IMG/VR virus record: IMGVR_UViG_3300020045_006155
Coordinates: 1 to 36,506 of that record
Direction: 5' to 3' (one strand)
DNA length: 36,506 nucleotides
From: a virus
Taxonomy: Duplodnaviria > Caudoviricetes
A program made the position numbers and the translations under genes. The notes under the pieces are model-generated. The model was given only the letters and a program-made list of their open reading frames with translations. It did not search any database and had not been told where the DNA came from. This document shows, piece by piece, positions 24,856 through 35,397 of the stretch; within the stretch, counting starts at the first letter, position 1, and each line of letters starts with the position of its first letter.

Positions 24856-25356
24856 CTAGACCTCTTCTTTAGCGGCTTCGGCTTCGGCTATCTTGGCATT
24901 AACTACTTTTATAACCCGCTCAAGATCTGCTGGCTTCAAGTCGGTTGACTTTGAAACCTTAGAGCCATCGGCTGTTTTAAATTGCCCAAGTAATTTGAGG
25001 ACAGCTTCTTTGTCGGTCAGTTTGGCCAGTTGCAGCAATGACGGCATGATGTGAGCGCGAATATATGCCTCGTTGCGCTCGCCTTTAGGTAGCGCGGACG
25101 TGTCTTCTTCCTCGGCATCTTCGCCGTTAGCCATCGCTTCTTCGAGGACGGCATCCATATCTTCTTTCTGCTCGGCTTCCGGCGTTTTCGCTTTTGGCTT
25201 AACCGATTGCTGTTTAGCCGCTTCTGTTTTTGGTTTTTCTGCGGATGGCGGCGTTGAGGCTCTTACTTCTGCGGACGGCATTTTAAACCCTACCAAGGCG
25301 GCTGTCAGTGCTTTTATGGCGGTGGTTTGTTCTTGGATCACTTCTTCTAAGGACAT
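24856..25356 (-). CDS. Ala/Glu/Lys-rich protein typical of the position upstream of DUF2800
   Basis: MSLEEVIQEQTTAIKALTAAL...; GGAG RBS; part of ORF 24856..25380. Confidence 0.75.
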   Translation of the reverse strand: MSLEEVIQEQTTAIKALTAALVGFKMPSAEVRASTPPSAEKPKTEAAKQQSVKPKAKTPEAEQKEDMDAVLEEAMANGEDAEEEDTSALPKGERNEAYIRAHIMPSLLQLAKLTDKEAVLKLLGQFKTADGSKVSKSTDLKPADLERVIKVVNAKIAEAEAAKEEV

Positions 25357-25475
25357 TCTATTCTCCAGGTGAATTATCAAATTTTAAAGTCGGGTACTTC
25401 TTAAGCGGTTACATAGCGAAACCCTCCGTAATAGCATTAAAAAATTCAAAGTGTTTTTTCAAACTGACGAGAGAT

Positions 25476-25504
25476 ATTCTACGGGCTTATTTTTCTGCTG
25501 TCAA
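25476..25504 (-). promoter_or_regulatory. sigma70-like promoter for the leftward replication operon
   Basis: Minus strand TTGACA-N17-TAGAAT in the divergent intergenic gap. Confidence 0.7.
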
Positions 25505-25518
25505 GTGCTATTTATTTC

Positions 25519-25547
25519 TTGGCAAGTATTTGTAATCGTGCTATCAT
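25519..25547 (+). promoter_or_regulatory. Divergent sigma70-like promoter for HTH/primase
   Basis: TTGGCA-N17-TATCAT. Confidence 0.5.
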
Positions 25548-25584
25548 TTGCTATGCTCTATTAAATTTGACTCCAAAAACGCTT

Positions 25585-25884
25585 ATGCCACAAACATCAA
25601 AATGTAAATACCCCCCTGCCCATGCCCTTCGTAAGTGGCTAGAAGCGGCTCCCCCTGAAGCAAAACGGCTTCTGGCTGAACTCGGTAATGCGTCTAAGGA
25701 TATGCGCCAGCAATGGGTGACGGGCCGCCGAGCGTTATCAGCGGCTAAAGCCGGTGATCTGGAAGCTGCTATGATCGAAATCAGCTCAGTTTGCATAGAT
25801 GCCCCCGCGCCCCTCTATCGGGGTGATTTATGCGCAACCTGCGCCAAGTGTTCGTACTACCTGAAAGACAAAAACGAAATTTAA
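25585..25884 (+). CDS. Cro-like HTH transcriptional regulator
   Basis: LRKWL...LLAELGNASKDMRQQWVTGRRALSAAKA...RGDLCATC; position before the primase. Confidence 0.6.
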   Translation: MPQTSKCKYPPAHALRKWLEAAPPEAKRLLAELGNASKDMRQQWVTGRRALSAAKAGDLEAAMIEISSVCIDAPAPLYRGDLCATCAKCSYYLKDKNEI

Positions 25885-25909
25885 CCGAGTTATACTATCG
25901 GAATTAGCT

Positions 25910-25932
25910 CCTGGCTTTATGCCGGGTTTTTT
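25910..25932 (+). terminator. Putative intrinsic terminator
   Basis: CCTGGC-tttat-GCCGGG followed by T6. Confidence 0.45.
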
Positions 25933-25960
25933 ATCGAGTACCTAATAACAATAATCGTTT

Positions 25961-28567
25961 ATGTCTTCTACCGTATTAAGACCCGATTTAAATCAGGCCC
26001 TTCGTTTTTTGAATACGCTAGATCCCAATGCCGAGGTACGCTCAATTTTTGAGGGTATTCCCGATGGGTTCACTTTCCAGACATTTTCAGATGTAAGGGA
26101 TAAAAAAGATCCTGCTTTAACACGCATCCTTCATGGAAACTTATCCGCGTTATCGAAAGAGCTGTTAGCTCTTAATAAGAAACGCGCCGGTGTTTTTGTA
26201 TCCATCAATGAAACAGATATGCGAGGACGGAAACTAGCCAACATCACTCGTGTCCGCGCTATATGGGTCGAAGATGACGGGGGACAAAATACCCGATTAC
26301 CTATCGAGCCGCATCTTGTTACCGAAACAAGCCCCGGAAAATTTCATCACATAATCCTGGTTGACGGGGTATCCCCTACCGAACACGAACGCCTACAAGC
26401 GATACTGGTTTTATATTTTGGATCTGACCCTAATGCCAAAGATCTATCCAGAGTTTTGCGTGTTCCTGGGTTCTACCACTGTAAAGGTGAGCCGTTTCGC
26501 GTTTCGCTAATTCACGAATCGGGGGCCGCTCCGTTTACTGCTGAAGAATTACTTGTCGCATTCCCTCCTGCGAAATACCCTATTACAGAAAAACAACGCG
26601 CATTACCCGCCCCCGCAACTCCAGGATATGCCGAGAATACGGAAAGCGACTATATTCCGCTGACAGAATCGGATGCTGTTTCTGGTCGTTTACCGGACAT
26701 TACACTAGAAAATGCCGAACAATATCTGCCCAAAGCGGGTGAGCAATCATACGCCCAATGGCGCGATGTTGGTATGATCCTGCATCATCAGTTTGATGGC
26801 TCCTACGAAGCGTTAGCGCTTTTTGACAAGTGGTCGCAGAATGTCCGAGAGTATCAAGGCTTTGAAGATGTCTCGAATGCCTGGATGGGGTTTGGACGAC
26901 GGACGGACGGGCCTCGTATTACATTCCGCACACTGATACAGGCGCACCGGGAAACCCACCAGGAAGTAAAAAAGACCCAGGATGCCGAGGCTGCTGAGAA
27001 AGCTAGAGAGCTTTTAGCAAATTGCCAGGACTACATGACTTTAACCCGAGAGGTTGCCCCCGCGCTTTGGAAACTAGCGAAGGGTAATGTCGTTCTGGAA
27101 AAAGATTTCACACGCAGTCTGATTGCCCGATACGCGGAACTACGGGAAGGGGATACATTATCCATCGCAGAAGCGCGACGAGCGATGAAAATGCGGCACA
27201 CTAACGCCGCCTCGACCAATGCGCCGGAAGCGGCGTTCGTCAACCCGGCTGCTCCAGCGTGGGCCGCTGATTGGGTCTGGGTATCATCGGATGAAATTTT
27301 TCTTAATACCGTTACCGGAGTCCGGTTAACGACGCGCGGGTTTAACGGGCATTTTGATTCTCGGTTGCCTCGTGGAGAGGATAGCCCAACTGCTGCGGCC
27401 ACTTTTGTAAGAGATAATTATTTTGTGCCTAAAGTCATGTCTAAAAAGTACATGCCGTCATGTGCCAAGTTCTTTTTTGAAGCAGGCGTTTCTTGTGTCA
27501 ATACGTATTCTGACCGTTTCCGTTGCGAGATACCGGAAGCTATCGATAGTTCGGAGGCGAAAAGAGCTTCCAAGTTAATTGAGAGACATATTGCCCTAGT
27601 TTGCGGCGGTTGGAATCGGGAAGCTCAATTGCTTTGTAATTTTCTCGCGGCGTGTATAGGGGCGCCACCTACTAAAATACGATGGGCTCTTCTATTACTC
27701 GGTGATGAAGGGGACGGCAAAAGTTTATTTTTCAAATTACTAATGCGAGCCTTGGGCGCCAATAATACGAAAGCGATTAAAGGATCTACTATCGCAAACA
27801 GCGCAAAAACTTCATTTAGCGGATGGGTAGAAGGGCATTGCTTAGGATTCATTGAAGAAATCAAATGGCACGGGCATAACCGACACGAAATTACTAACTC
27901 TATCAAGGATGTGTTGACAAACGATGCCATAGAATGCCATGAAAAGGGTAAAGAGACACGAACGGTGGCAAACACCGCTAATTACATATTGACCACGAAT
28001 TACGAAGACGCTATCCCGCTAGGGGATAAAGATCGGCGCTATTTTGTTCTGAAATCAGCTTTTCCCCTTAAGGATTTACAGAATACAGAACCTGATTATT
28101 TTGACATCCTGCACGATGCCATCATATCCGATCAGTGCGGCGCTATGCTCCGTTGGATCTTGGATGTGCCAAAACACAAGGACTTCAACCCGAACGGACA
28201 TGCGCCTAGGACGGATGCTAAAAACAATATCATCAGAGTATGCCGGGATGAATTATCCGATGTCGTTTCCGAGATTATTGAAGATGACGGAAATCCGCTA
28301 TTTAGCCCAGAAGTCATCTGTTTTACCCCACTGTTTAATAGGCTAATGGCCCAATCAAATGGGGCCATTAAAGCAGATCAGGGCTACCGACTGACCTCGG
28401 CTCTGCTCCAGCTTGGGTATGTTAAATTGGATAGGGTACGTATACAGGGTGAGCGGCAATGCTTGTGGGCTAAGAAGGAAGCAGGGATAGTTCCCGTTAT
28501 CGAAGACGCAAAGCGCGTAGTATTGAATAAGCTAGATGTGTATAACGCTAAAGAAGGTTTAATATGA
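25961..28567 (+). CDS. Primase-helicase (RepB-type primase, PriCT-2, SF3/DUF5906 ATPase)
   Basis: ETSPGKFH, DPNAKDLSRVLRVPGFYH, WRDVGMILHH...FDKWS, Walker A GDEGDGKS, IEEI, TTN, DRRYFV. Confidence 0.9.
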   Translation: MSSTVLRPDLNQALRFLNTLDPNAEVRSIFEGIPDGFTFQTFSDVRDKKDPALTRILHGNLSALSKELLALNKKRAGVFVSINETDMRGRKLANITRVRAIWVEDDGGQNTRLPIEPHLVTETSPGKFHHIILVDGVSPTEHERLQAILVLYFGSDPNAKDLSRVLRVPGFYHCKGEPFRVSLIHESGAAPFTAEELLVAFPPAKYPITEKQRALPAPATPGYAENTESDYIPLTESDAVSGRLPDITLENAEQYLPKAGEQSYAQWRDVGMILHHQFDGSYEALALFDKWSQNVREYQGFEDVSNAWMGFGRRTDGPRITFRTLIQAHRETHQEVKKTQDAEAAEKARELLANCQDYMTLTREVAPALWKLAKGNVVLEKDFTRSLIARYAELREGDTLSIAEARRAMKMRHTNAASTNAPEAAFVNPAAPAWAADWVWVSSDEIFLNTVTGVRLTTRGFNGHFDSRLPRGEDSPTAAATFVRDNYFVPKVMSKKYMPSCAKFFFEAGVSCVNTYSDRFRCEIPEAIDSSEAKRASKLIERHIALVCGGWNREAQLLCNFLAACIGAPPTKIRWALLLLGDEGDGKSLFFKLLMRALGANNTKAIKGSTIANSAKTSFSGWVEGHCLGFIEEIKWHGHNRHEITNSIKDVLTNDAIECHEKGKETRTVANTANYILTTNYEDAIPLGDKDRRYFVLKSAFPLKDLQNTEPDYFDILHDAIISDQCGAMLRWILDVPKHKDFNPNGHAPRTDAKNNIIRVCRDELSDVVSEIIEDDGNPLFSPEVICFTPLFNRLMAQSNGAIKADQGYRLTSALLQLGYVKLDRVRIQGERQCLWAKKEAGIVPVIEDAKRVVLNKLDVYNAKEGLI

Positions 28568-28845
28568 AAATTAATATCTCAGTAGAAGTCCCCGATAATT
28601 GGAAAGATAGATTCGATATGCAACCTTATATTGAAGCAGAGATTAAGGCGGATAGATGGTCTTGGAACTATATAAAATCTGAAAATAGTGCCCCTATAGA
28701 AGAAGTTCGGCTATGGTTTGCAAGAGGTAAATACACGCTTTTAGACATTATCCATGTCCAAAATATCAACGGGGGATTATATATCCATTGCAAGAAGCCG
28801 AATACAATAAATGCACTATCGGAAGAAGTTAAAAACGATAGCTAA
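28564..28845 (+). CDS. Hypothetical protein
   Basis: 93 aa, directly follows the primase. Confidence 0.55.
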   Translation: MKINISVEVPDNWKDRFDMQPYIEAEIKADRWSWNYIKSENSAPIEEVRLWFARGKYTLLDIIHVQNINGGLYIHCKKPNTINALSEEVKNDS

Positions 28846-28914
28846 CGAATAGCTAAGCTGTGCTAAGCAATAGCAGCGATTTCTTGCATACTCGGCTAAC
28901 TGTTTGTTAGATAT

Positions 28915-29073
28915 TTACTTTTCGGCAACGTAAGCAACTCTCCCGCAATGCGGGCAAATAATTTTATTAATTGCCGAATCCCAATCACTTACTGACCACC
29001 ATTTTTTACATTGCCAACAGTTAAAATGATACAGTTTTTCGATGGAATATTCGTGCAGCTTAATTCCGGTCAT
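28915..29073 (-). CDS. Small zinc-ribbon protein (52 aa, not in the ORF track)
   Basis: MTGIKLHEYSIEKLYHFNCWQCKKWWS...CPHCG. Confidence 0.5.
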   Translation of the reverse strand: MTGIKLHEYSIEKLYHFNCWQCKKWWSVSDWDSAINKIICPHCGRVAYVAEK

Positions 29074-29134
29074 TAAGTGTGTTTACGGTGTGATATACGC
29101 GGTATGTAGTACCTAACTGGTTATACCCCACACT

Positions 29135-29554
29135 TCAATTTATCTCGTTATCCGTAATCCCTAATAGCGTTGCTAAATCTGCCATTAGTCTAGCTTTAAG
29201 AATTTGTTTGTACTCGAAGCCTTTTAATATTTTCCCGTCCGCTCGTTTCTCGACAGCACCGCGAACTTTAGATAAATTTGATTCGTGGACTAAATTCCAA
29301 GCCGTTTGCGCACCTACAACGCCTAAAGCGCTTATCAGATACCCTGCTGCAACCACGATGACATCTACCGCTTCTTTTATAGTTTCGGGCGTAGCGAAAT
29401 CAGGCTCATCAACGGTTTCGGTATCCGCCAGTAGAAATTCAGTGGCCTCTTCCTCGATCAGTTTGGTATAAAGGGTAACTTGTTCTGCATTGCCCGGAAT
29501 TATCGTTTGATTTCCTGCGGACATAAAATCCGCTTGGTCTTTGAAAATACTCAT
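29135..29554 (-). CDS. MazG/PRA-PH-like nucleotide pyrophosphohydrolase
   Basis: LIEEEATEF...KEAVDVIVVAAG...VHESNLSK...RADGKILK. Confidence 0.8.
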   Translation of the reverse strand: MSIFKDQADFMSAGNQTIIPGNAEQVTLYTKLIEEEATEFLLADTETVDEPDFATPETIKEAVDVIVVAAGYLISALGVVGAQTAWNLVHESNLSKVRGAVEKRADGKILKGFEYKQILKARLMADLATLLGITDNEIN

Positions 29555-29723
29555 TTTTTCTCCTATTGCAGAGGGAATCGGATTGTATGTGTTTCGCTTT
29601 CTAACGCTTCTATACGCTCTTCTAGTTGCATTATCCTTTCAGAAGCCTTTACAAGTACCAAAGATAGCTCGTGTAAAGTTTCAACGGTTTCTTTCAGCAG
29701 CGCGTTATTATCTTCAGAACTCA

Positions 29724-29969
29724 TCACACGCCTCGCCTACGTTGTTGCAACTCTTCAAGTTGTTTTTTCATGTCGTTAAGCGCGGCTTGGTAGCCGCGTT
29801 TATAGGCTAAATCGGCTTCGTGATCCGCGTCGGATACCGGATCGCGCGGTACGCCGTCTTCATCCCTGATTAAGCCCCTAGCTCTTAAGTTGGCGTTTAT
29901 AGAGGCTTCCAGTTTTTCCTGAAGGGTGGGCGCATACTTTCCCTCCATGTATTTCCAAGACTCGCTCAT
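29724..29969 (-). CDS. Hypothetical protein
   Basis: 81-aa ORF with RBS. Confidence 0.55.
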   Translation of the reverse strand: MSESWKYMEGKYAPTLQEKLEASINANLRARGLIRDEDGVPRDPVSDADHEADLAYKRGYQAALNDMKKQLEELQQRRRGV

Positions 29970-29972
29970 GGC

Positions 29973-30380
29973 TTATTCCCCTTTCCTGTTGTGTAAAAAA
30001 TAATCACAATACGCTTTGTGCAAATTTCGTTGTAGTTTCCGCTCACGCTTCGCTTTGGCGCGATCCAAAGCGCCCTGGTGATCATGTGCGTTAGCGGAAA
30101 GCGTATCATGTACGGTAGGCTCACTAGGGAAGTCTCCCGAAGGTACGCCCCCTAACATAGCCATTGCAGCCGCCAGTTGTGCGCCTCTACCAAATCTCCT
30201 TTTTCGAAATCCTTCTGCGGCATAAACTTCCAAAGGTACTCTACGGCTGGTAAGCTCTGGCTCTTCGTCCTCTGCGGTTTCGGCTAGAACATCTATGTTA
30301 TTTTCTGTTATATATGCCACTGTGCGTGCTTCTATTTCAGCCATGTCCACTTTGATTAAAACCTTGGGCAATGTTGTCAT
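29973..30380 (-). CDS. Hypothetical protein
   Basis: 135 aa, GGAG RBS. Confidence 0.6.
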   Translation of the reverse strand: MTTLPKVLIKVDMAEIEARTVAYITENNIDVLAETAEDEEPELTSRRVPLEVYAAEGFRKRRFGRGAQLAAAMAMLGGVPSGDFPSEPTVHDTLSANAHDHQGALDRAKAKRERKLQRNLHKAYCDYFLHNRKGE

Positions 30381-30445
30381 TGTCTCTCCAGTTGTCCTAA
30401 ATGTTAGGAGCTAATGGTTTAACCCATTAGCCCCTATCTGTCAAA

Positions 30446-30817
30446 TTAACCCAACGCTTCTAGCTCTTTCAACAGTTCTTCGGTCGATTTAGCAAGTAAC
30501 CCTTCGTCCTGTTTTTTCGCCAGGACTTCCAGGATACGGGCTTTTTGTGTTGCTTTTTCCGCTTGGTTTCGCGCCGCTTCTTGCGCGGCCAGTTTAGTGT
30601 CAATGACGTGCTTTACGATGTCAAATTTCAATTTAGTCGTTTCGTTAGCTGCGGTTACTGGTTTAATAAAGCTGACTTCAGATTCTTCCAGGGCTTTATG
30701 CAGCGCCCGCGCTAAAACATCCAAGGCCGCGAGTTTCAAATCCCAAAGGTCTTCGGTCGCCAGTACCCCTTGAGAAGTTGAGAAACGTAATTTCAATTTT
30801 GCTGCTTTTTCGAACAT
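30446..30817 (-). CDS. Conserved-looking phage coiled-coil protein (MFEKAAKLKLRF...EDLWDL)
   Basis: GGAG RBS before ATG 30817; helical and charged. Confidence 0.75.
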   Translation of the reverse strand: MFEKAAKLKLRFSTSQGVLATEDLWDLKLAALDVLARALHKALEESEVSFIKPVTAANETTKLKFDIVKHVIDTKLAAQEAARNQAEKATQKARILEVLAKKQDEGLLAKSTEELLKELEALG

Positions 30818-30833
30818 GGTTTTCTCCAGTTTT

Positions 30834-32843
30834 TTAAAAATTAACTTTAATAACACGAGTTGTTTTGCCAAATACTTTCATCGTAACGCTATGGCGCTGC
30901 GTTGATGAGAAGCCCAGACCGGATAATTGCTGGTCTGAATCCTCTACTTTCATTTTACTACCGAGTAATTCAAACACCCGTTTATGAACCAGCAATTCAG
31001 GTTTTAAATACTCGTTAAAGATTCCGCGCGGGGAATCGGGATTAGTAGCACCGTCCAAGATAAAGAACGTGTGTCGGTTGCCTTTAGCGTTGCCTTCCCA
31101 GTGATTCGGTGAGTTCAACACCATAGATACCGGTTGGAAGCGGTTAGTAAATAGTCCCCAGATTTCTTTAGACGGCGCTTGTTTGCTACCAACGTGTTTA
31201 ACCACTTCCGTAATGCCGCGCTCTTTGGAGTAGTGGATATCCACCGCCCTAACGCGTTCGTTGTCCTTAACCGGCGTGTCTTGACCGAGTAATAAGGTTT
31301 CGCCACGGCATTCGATCTCCAGATTAAAGCCCACATCAATGTTTTCACGTTTCTTATAGTTGTGTACTACTACGGTATAAACGCCATCCCGCATTTTGCT
31401 TTTATCTTTGAAAACGATGTTTTCCACCGCTTCGCGAGATTGTGGGCCACCAGCATTCATATCGACATCCAAGAAACCGCCAGATATGTGAGATACCTTA
31501 GCGCGGTACATAATGGTATTGCCGGACGGTTCAACCACGCTTAAATCCAAGTCGTCGCCGTTGAACCACTCCAAGGAAATGCGAAGTTCCCCTTCCACCG
31601 ATCCGCCTGCCGCTTTCACGCGCTCTTTTACAGAATCTGATAAGCCGTCCTGGTAAGCCCATGAGATGCCGTTATCCCATTGGAATATATGCGGCGCCTC
31701 TTCGTAAACTGGCGCTACTAAGCTCATGAAGTTACTAGCGTGCTGCCGTTCGAGTAATACTTCCAAGCGCGTTGCGGTCGGCAACACGTTGGTTAAGAAC
31801 GTGTCGATTGGTACTTCTTCAACCCGGGAGAACTCTTTAGGGGATACCGGAACTTCTGCTTTCAACTCGGCAAAAGCGTCAAATACAGGCATTCCGACGG
31901 CGCGATTAACAAATAATACCTTGCTCACGGGAATGTCCGTTGCCATTGCGTGTCGGCGATATAGCGATTGCTCTAGCCCCAGGGTTTTGATTTCTTTTTC
32001 CGCGCTTTCGATCATGCTCTTTGTCACCAACGCGGTAGGGCGTTTGTAATTACTTGGCGCTACTTTAGCTTCGTAAGAACGCACGGCGCGATCCAGCTCA
32101 ATGCCATTGGATAAGTCATCGAGTAACGTGCCAATTACCGAATTGCGGATGTTTAAACCTTTGTTGTAGTTTTCAAGGGCGTATAGCGTTCGTTCTACGG
32201 GATTTTTTAATTTCGCGTATTCCTTCTTAGCGTATCGAAATTTAACCAATGCGTTTTTGAACTCAGCGCCACGGTATAAACTGTTTTGTTCAATCAGCTC
32301 TAGCACTGTTTCAACAGCATCCAGGGTCAACTCACTTAACGCCCGTAGCGTCGTGTCTACTGCGGCCGTAAATAGCCCGTTAACGCTTGCTGTACTCTTG
32401 CCTGACTTATTGACTTTGTTGTCTGGTAACACTAAACAGAAATGATCGTAACGAATAAACGATTCGGGGCCGGTTACTTTTAAATTATGATCCGTCCCCA
32501 CGGTTTTAATATCAAAACGCAATAGTCGGTTTATGCCTGCGCCGTGTACCGCGTCGAGTACGAGTTTGTTCAACACCTTTGGCACTTCCGTGTAGGGATA
32601 GCTCACTTCGAAGTCCCATAACGTTTCTACCTTGCCGTTCACGATAGCCACTGCCCCGCCAATATCTCGTAGGAAATGACGGCAGCAAGAACAATTGTGT
32701 TCTTGGTGAACTTCTTCAGGAAGAGCTGCTAAGTAAGCATCGTTGATCGTGTTGCGATCTAAATCGACCAGAAACATTTCGTGCTGCGCCAGTTCGTTGA
32801 ACCGAACTCTTACACGAGTTTTTATTTCGCTAAATTCAGACAT
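30834..32843 (-). CDS. Large phage protein with N-terminal HNCxCC and a YfaP/DUF2135-like domain
   Basis: 669 aa; LRISLEW...DDLDLSVVEPSG...GGFLDVD...AVENI. Confidence 0.7.
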   Translation of the reverse strand: MSEFSEIKTRVRVRFNELAQHEMFLVDLDRNTINDAYLAALPEEVHQEHNCSCCRHFLRDIGGAVAIVNGKVETLWDFEVSYPYTEVPKVLNKLVLDAVHGAGINRLLRFDIKTVGTDHNLKVTGPESFIRYDHFCLVLPDNKVNKSGKSTASVNGLFTAAVDTTLRALSELTLDAVETVLELIEQNSLYRGAEFKNALVKFRYAKKEYAKLKNPVERTLYALENYNKGLNIRNSVIGTLLDDLSNGIELDRAVRSYEAKVAPSNYKRPTALVTKSMIESAEKEIKTLGLEQSLYRRHAMATDIPVSKVLFVNRAVGMPVFDAFAELKAEVPVSPKEFSRVEEVPIDTFLTNVLPTATRLEVLLERQHASNFMSLVAPVYEEAPHIFQWDNGISWAYQDGLSDSVKERVKAAGGSVEGELRISLEWFNGDDLDLSVVEPSGNTIMYRAKVSHISGGFLDVDMNAGGPQSREAVENIVFKDKSKMRDGVYTVVVHNYKKRENIDVGFNLEIECRGETLLLGQDTPVKDNERVRAVDIHYSKERGITEVVKHVGSKQAPSKEIWGLFTNRFQPVSMVLNSPNHWEGNAKGNRHTFFILDGATNPDSPRGIFNEYLKPELLVHKRVFELLGSKMKVEDSDQQLSGLGFSSTQRHSVTMKVFGKTTRVIKVNF

Positions 32844-32885
32844 GGTTTTTTCTCCAGGTTTTAAAAAGTTAAACGCCGGTTGAGC

Positions 32886-33119
32886 CTAGGCGTAAGTCTT
32901 TTGTTCTTTTTCCAAAAATTCTTGGCAATCGAGACACCGAACTACCCATTTCAGTTCGGCCCGCGCTTTAGGAGTTACTTCTTCACCGCAGTCAAGGCAG
33001 TATTTTATGCCACATTCGATATGTGGGGCTTCGATACTACTAGAACGGCGGTGTTCGTGTAGGGCCCTAGCGTTATCAAAAATTTCCTGTTCCGAACTAA
33101 AGTCCGCATCGTCACTCAT
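32886..33119 (-). CDS. TraR/DksA-like C4 zinc-finger protein
   Basis: MSDDADFSSEQE...CLDCGEEV...RCLDCQ. Confidence 0.85.
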   Translation of the reverse strand: MSDDADFSSEQEIFDNARALHEHRRSSSIEAPHIECGIKYCLDCGEEVTPKARAELKWVVRCLDCQEFLEKEQKTYA

Positions 33120-33188
33120 TTATATCCTCTTAACTTAAAGTAATATTTGGTCAATCTTACTGTACCCCATACCCGTATACGGCTTCTT

Positions 33189-33410
33189 CTAGCAATAAGG
33201 GTCGCAGCAATGCCCGTCCAAATCACGCGCTTCAAATTCAGCAATAATTTCTTCGTCGGTTAAAACTGCGAGTAATTGTTCTGTTGTGAAAATATCTTTT
33301 GGATTAACGGAATGCTTACAGCACAGATGCTTAATTGTTTTACAGACAACTTCAGGCTTATGATGACTAAACAAGCTTTCAAAAAAGCCTTGCGCTAAAT
33401 GATTTAACAT
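33189..33410 (-). CDS. Hypothetical protein
   Basis: 73 aa, GGAG RBS. Confidence 0.55.
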   Translation of the reverse strand: MLNHLAQGFFESLFSHHKPEVVCKTIKHLCCKHSVNPKDIFTTEQLLAVLTDEEIIAEFEARDLDGHCCDPYC

Positions 33411-34001
33411 GATTTTCTCTCCCCCAGAAAGTTCGGTTGATGTGTTCGGTTAATCGTGATTATCCGACGTACATAACGCTTGTCGGTCGGGGGCCGCGAA
33501 CGCTGAGCACGGGTTACTCTCTGAAGCAAAGATGCAAATAGCCGAAATCACTAAAACCATAGCGACTATAGTCAAAGCAAAACCTTCCAGGATTTTAAAA
33601 TAATCACGCATTATTATCTCTCCCGTTATCTGATCTAATTCTTGCTATAAGATACGCCAAAGCTACCAAATTAAAAAAAGCGCTGATAAGCGCTGTCGTC
33701 ATTTTTAAAATTTTCATTCTTATTGTCCTTAAAAAATTCGAATAATTATACTAGAAAACGATCAATTAAGCTAGTAACTTAGGCCTTACAGGACTGATCG
33801 TTTTCCGGTATCCTGGTTATCTGTATATCCTCGCTGTTAAGTCAATCCCGCTTTTCGTTAATACCTGATGGCCTGTTGCGAAATAAAGTCGTATAGACCC
33901 GCAATCTGCATTTAAGATTCGAGTAGTCATGACGGTACGTTGGTTTTTTACAATTCTTACTTTCATTTTGGATGATCCTCTTTAGTTAGGGTGTTCGGAT
34001 T

Positions 34002-34235
34002 TTAGGTTAATCGTTTTATTTTCATTAGCTGCTGAATGCCGTTTTCGATGCGCGAATGCGAAACAGCCGTGTAGACTTCGCATGAAAAAGTTCTAGTCCG
34101 CAATAGCTTGTGTCGCCTATTTTTCGGCTTTGTAGTAGCGTGGTATAGGATTATCCTTTCAGCTTCTGAATTTACGTCTATGTAAATATGCTCTAATGGT
34201 TGTAGAGTTATCAGTAGTTTTGTTATAGGGCTCAT
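34002..34235 (-). CDS. Hypothetical early protein
   Basis: 77-aa ORF. Confidence 0.5.
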   Translation of the reverse strand: MSPITKLLITLQPLEHIYIDVNSEAERIILYHATTKPKNRRHKLLRTRTFSCEVYTAVSHSRIENGIQQLMKIKRLT

Positions 34236-34264
34236 CAGGGTGCCTTTAGTTGTGCCGTTCAGAT

Positions 34265-34561
34265 TTAATCTGAACTACGTGTAACCATATTTTTTATTGT
34301 TTTTTGGGGTGCGCTTTCTTTTTGCACTAAGGTAAATACAATTAGTGTTTCTACCGCGATAACAAAAGATAAAAACGCAACCGCGCTCAGCGACCGTATC
34401 ATAAATTTCTGATAGCTTTTCTCCAGGGCTTTGCGTTGGAACCTGGACTCGACTAGAAGTCTATTGAACGCTTCTGATTTAAGCCGTTCAGCCTCTTCTT
34501 GGCGAAGTTGAGCTTTACCGATTATCTGGTTATGGCTTAGCGTGTAGTTTCCTATTTTCAT
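34265..34561 (-). CDS. Hypothetical protein with one TM segment
   Basis: GAGG RBS; hydrophobic stretch near the C-terminus. Confidence 0.6.
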   Translation of the reverse strand: MKIGNYTLSHNQIIGKAQLRQEEAERLKSEAFNRLLVESRFQRKALEKSYQKFMIRSLSAVAFLSFVIAVETLIVFTLVQKESAPQKTIKNMVTRSSD

Positions 34562-34568
34562 TTTACGT

Positions 34569-34614
34569 AATCCTCTTTAAGTTAGTTGTTTGGGTTTATA
34601 TTATTTATCCATTA
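34569..34614 (-). repeat. 46-bp near-exact repeat containing an A-rich leader and RBS, second copy 36265-36310
   Basis: aatcctctttaagttagttgtttgggtttatattatt(t/c)atccatta occurs twice. Confidence 0.9.
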
Positions 34615-35102
34615 CTTCTTCTAAATCTATCGTTTCAAAATCTGTAGCATTTTCTGTGGTTACGTTGAAAACAGTAGCTGTGCTGAAAACGTCTCGCTGT
34701 ATTCTCAAAGCTTCCTCTGCTGCTTCACGCGGTGATGTTGCTAAAATGTCGATATGCCAAGAAACTAGGTATTCTTTCATTTTCTTAATCCTTTTTGATG
34801 CTAGATGTCTAAATTTGCGAATTGTAAAGCCGTCCCTGGCGCTATATCTACCGATTAGTTCCAGATATATGCGTCCGATATATCCCAATCGCCTGTGTTT
34901 TTTATTTTAACGTCTATAAAATCGAATCTATCCAAGCGTGTAATGTTTGCGTCAGGGCTGAGGAATGCACCTTCGTTGTCGGAGTCATCCAGAAAATAGA
35001 AGTCTGTTGTAAGACCTGTTTGGGTTTTATTTTGATGTTGTACCTTCATGACTTTATTCCTTTTGGTTAGATTAAAATTAACGTTTCTACACCGCGCTAC
35101 AC

Positions 35103-35372
35103 TTACAAGAACATGTGTAGATTTTTTATATTCTTTACTGTTTGTTTACTGATCATGGAAAAACATAGTCCTTCATCCCGAAATAATGAGTCTAAAATTG
35201 CCCATGTTAAGAAGTGATCTCCTTCACTTAGCCACTCTTCAGGTATAGCCCCACTCTTGAACGCTTTATCTATTTTATCTAGCGCCACGCTATATAGCCG
35301 CGCCATTTTCGCATTCATCTGTAGGATAACTTCCTGCTGTTTTTGCTCAGTGTTTAATTTGTCTGGGTACAT
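35103..35372 (-). CDS. Hypothetical early protein
   Basis: 89 aa, GAGG RBS. Confidence 0.6.
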   Translation of the reverse strand: MYPDKLNTEQKQQEVILQMNAKMARLYSVALDKIDKAFKSGAIPEEWLSEGDHFLTWAILDSLFRDEGLCFSMISKQTVKNIKNLHMFL

Positions 35373-35397
35373 TGTTAATCCTCTATGCTGTGTAGTT

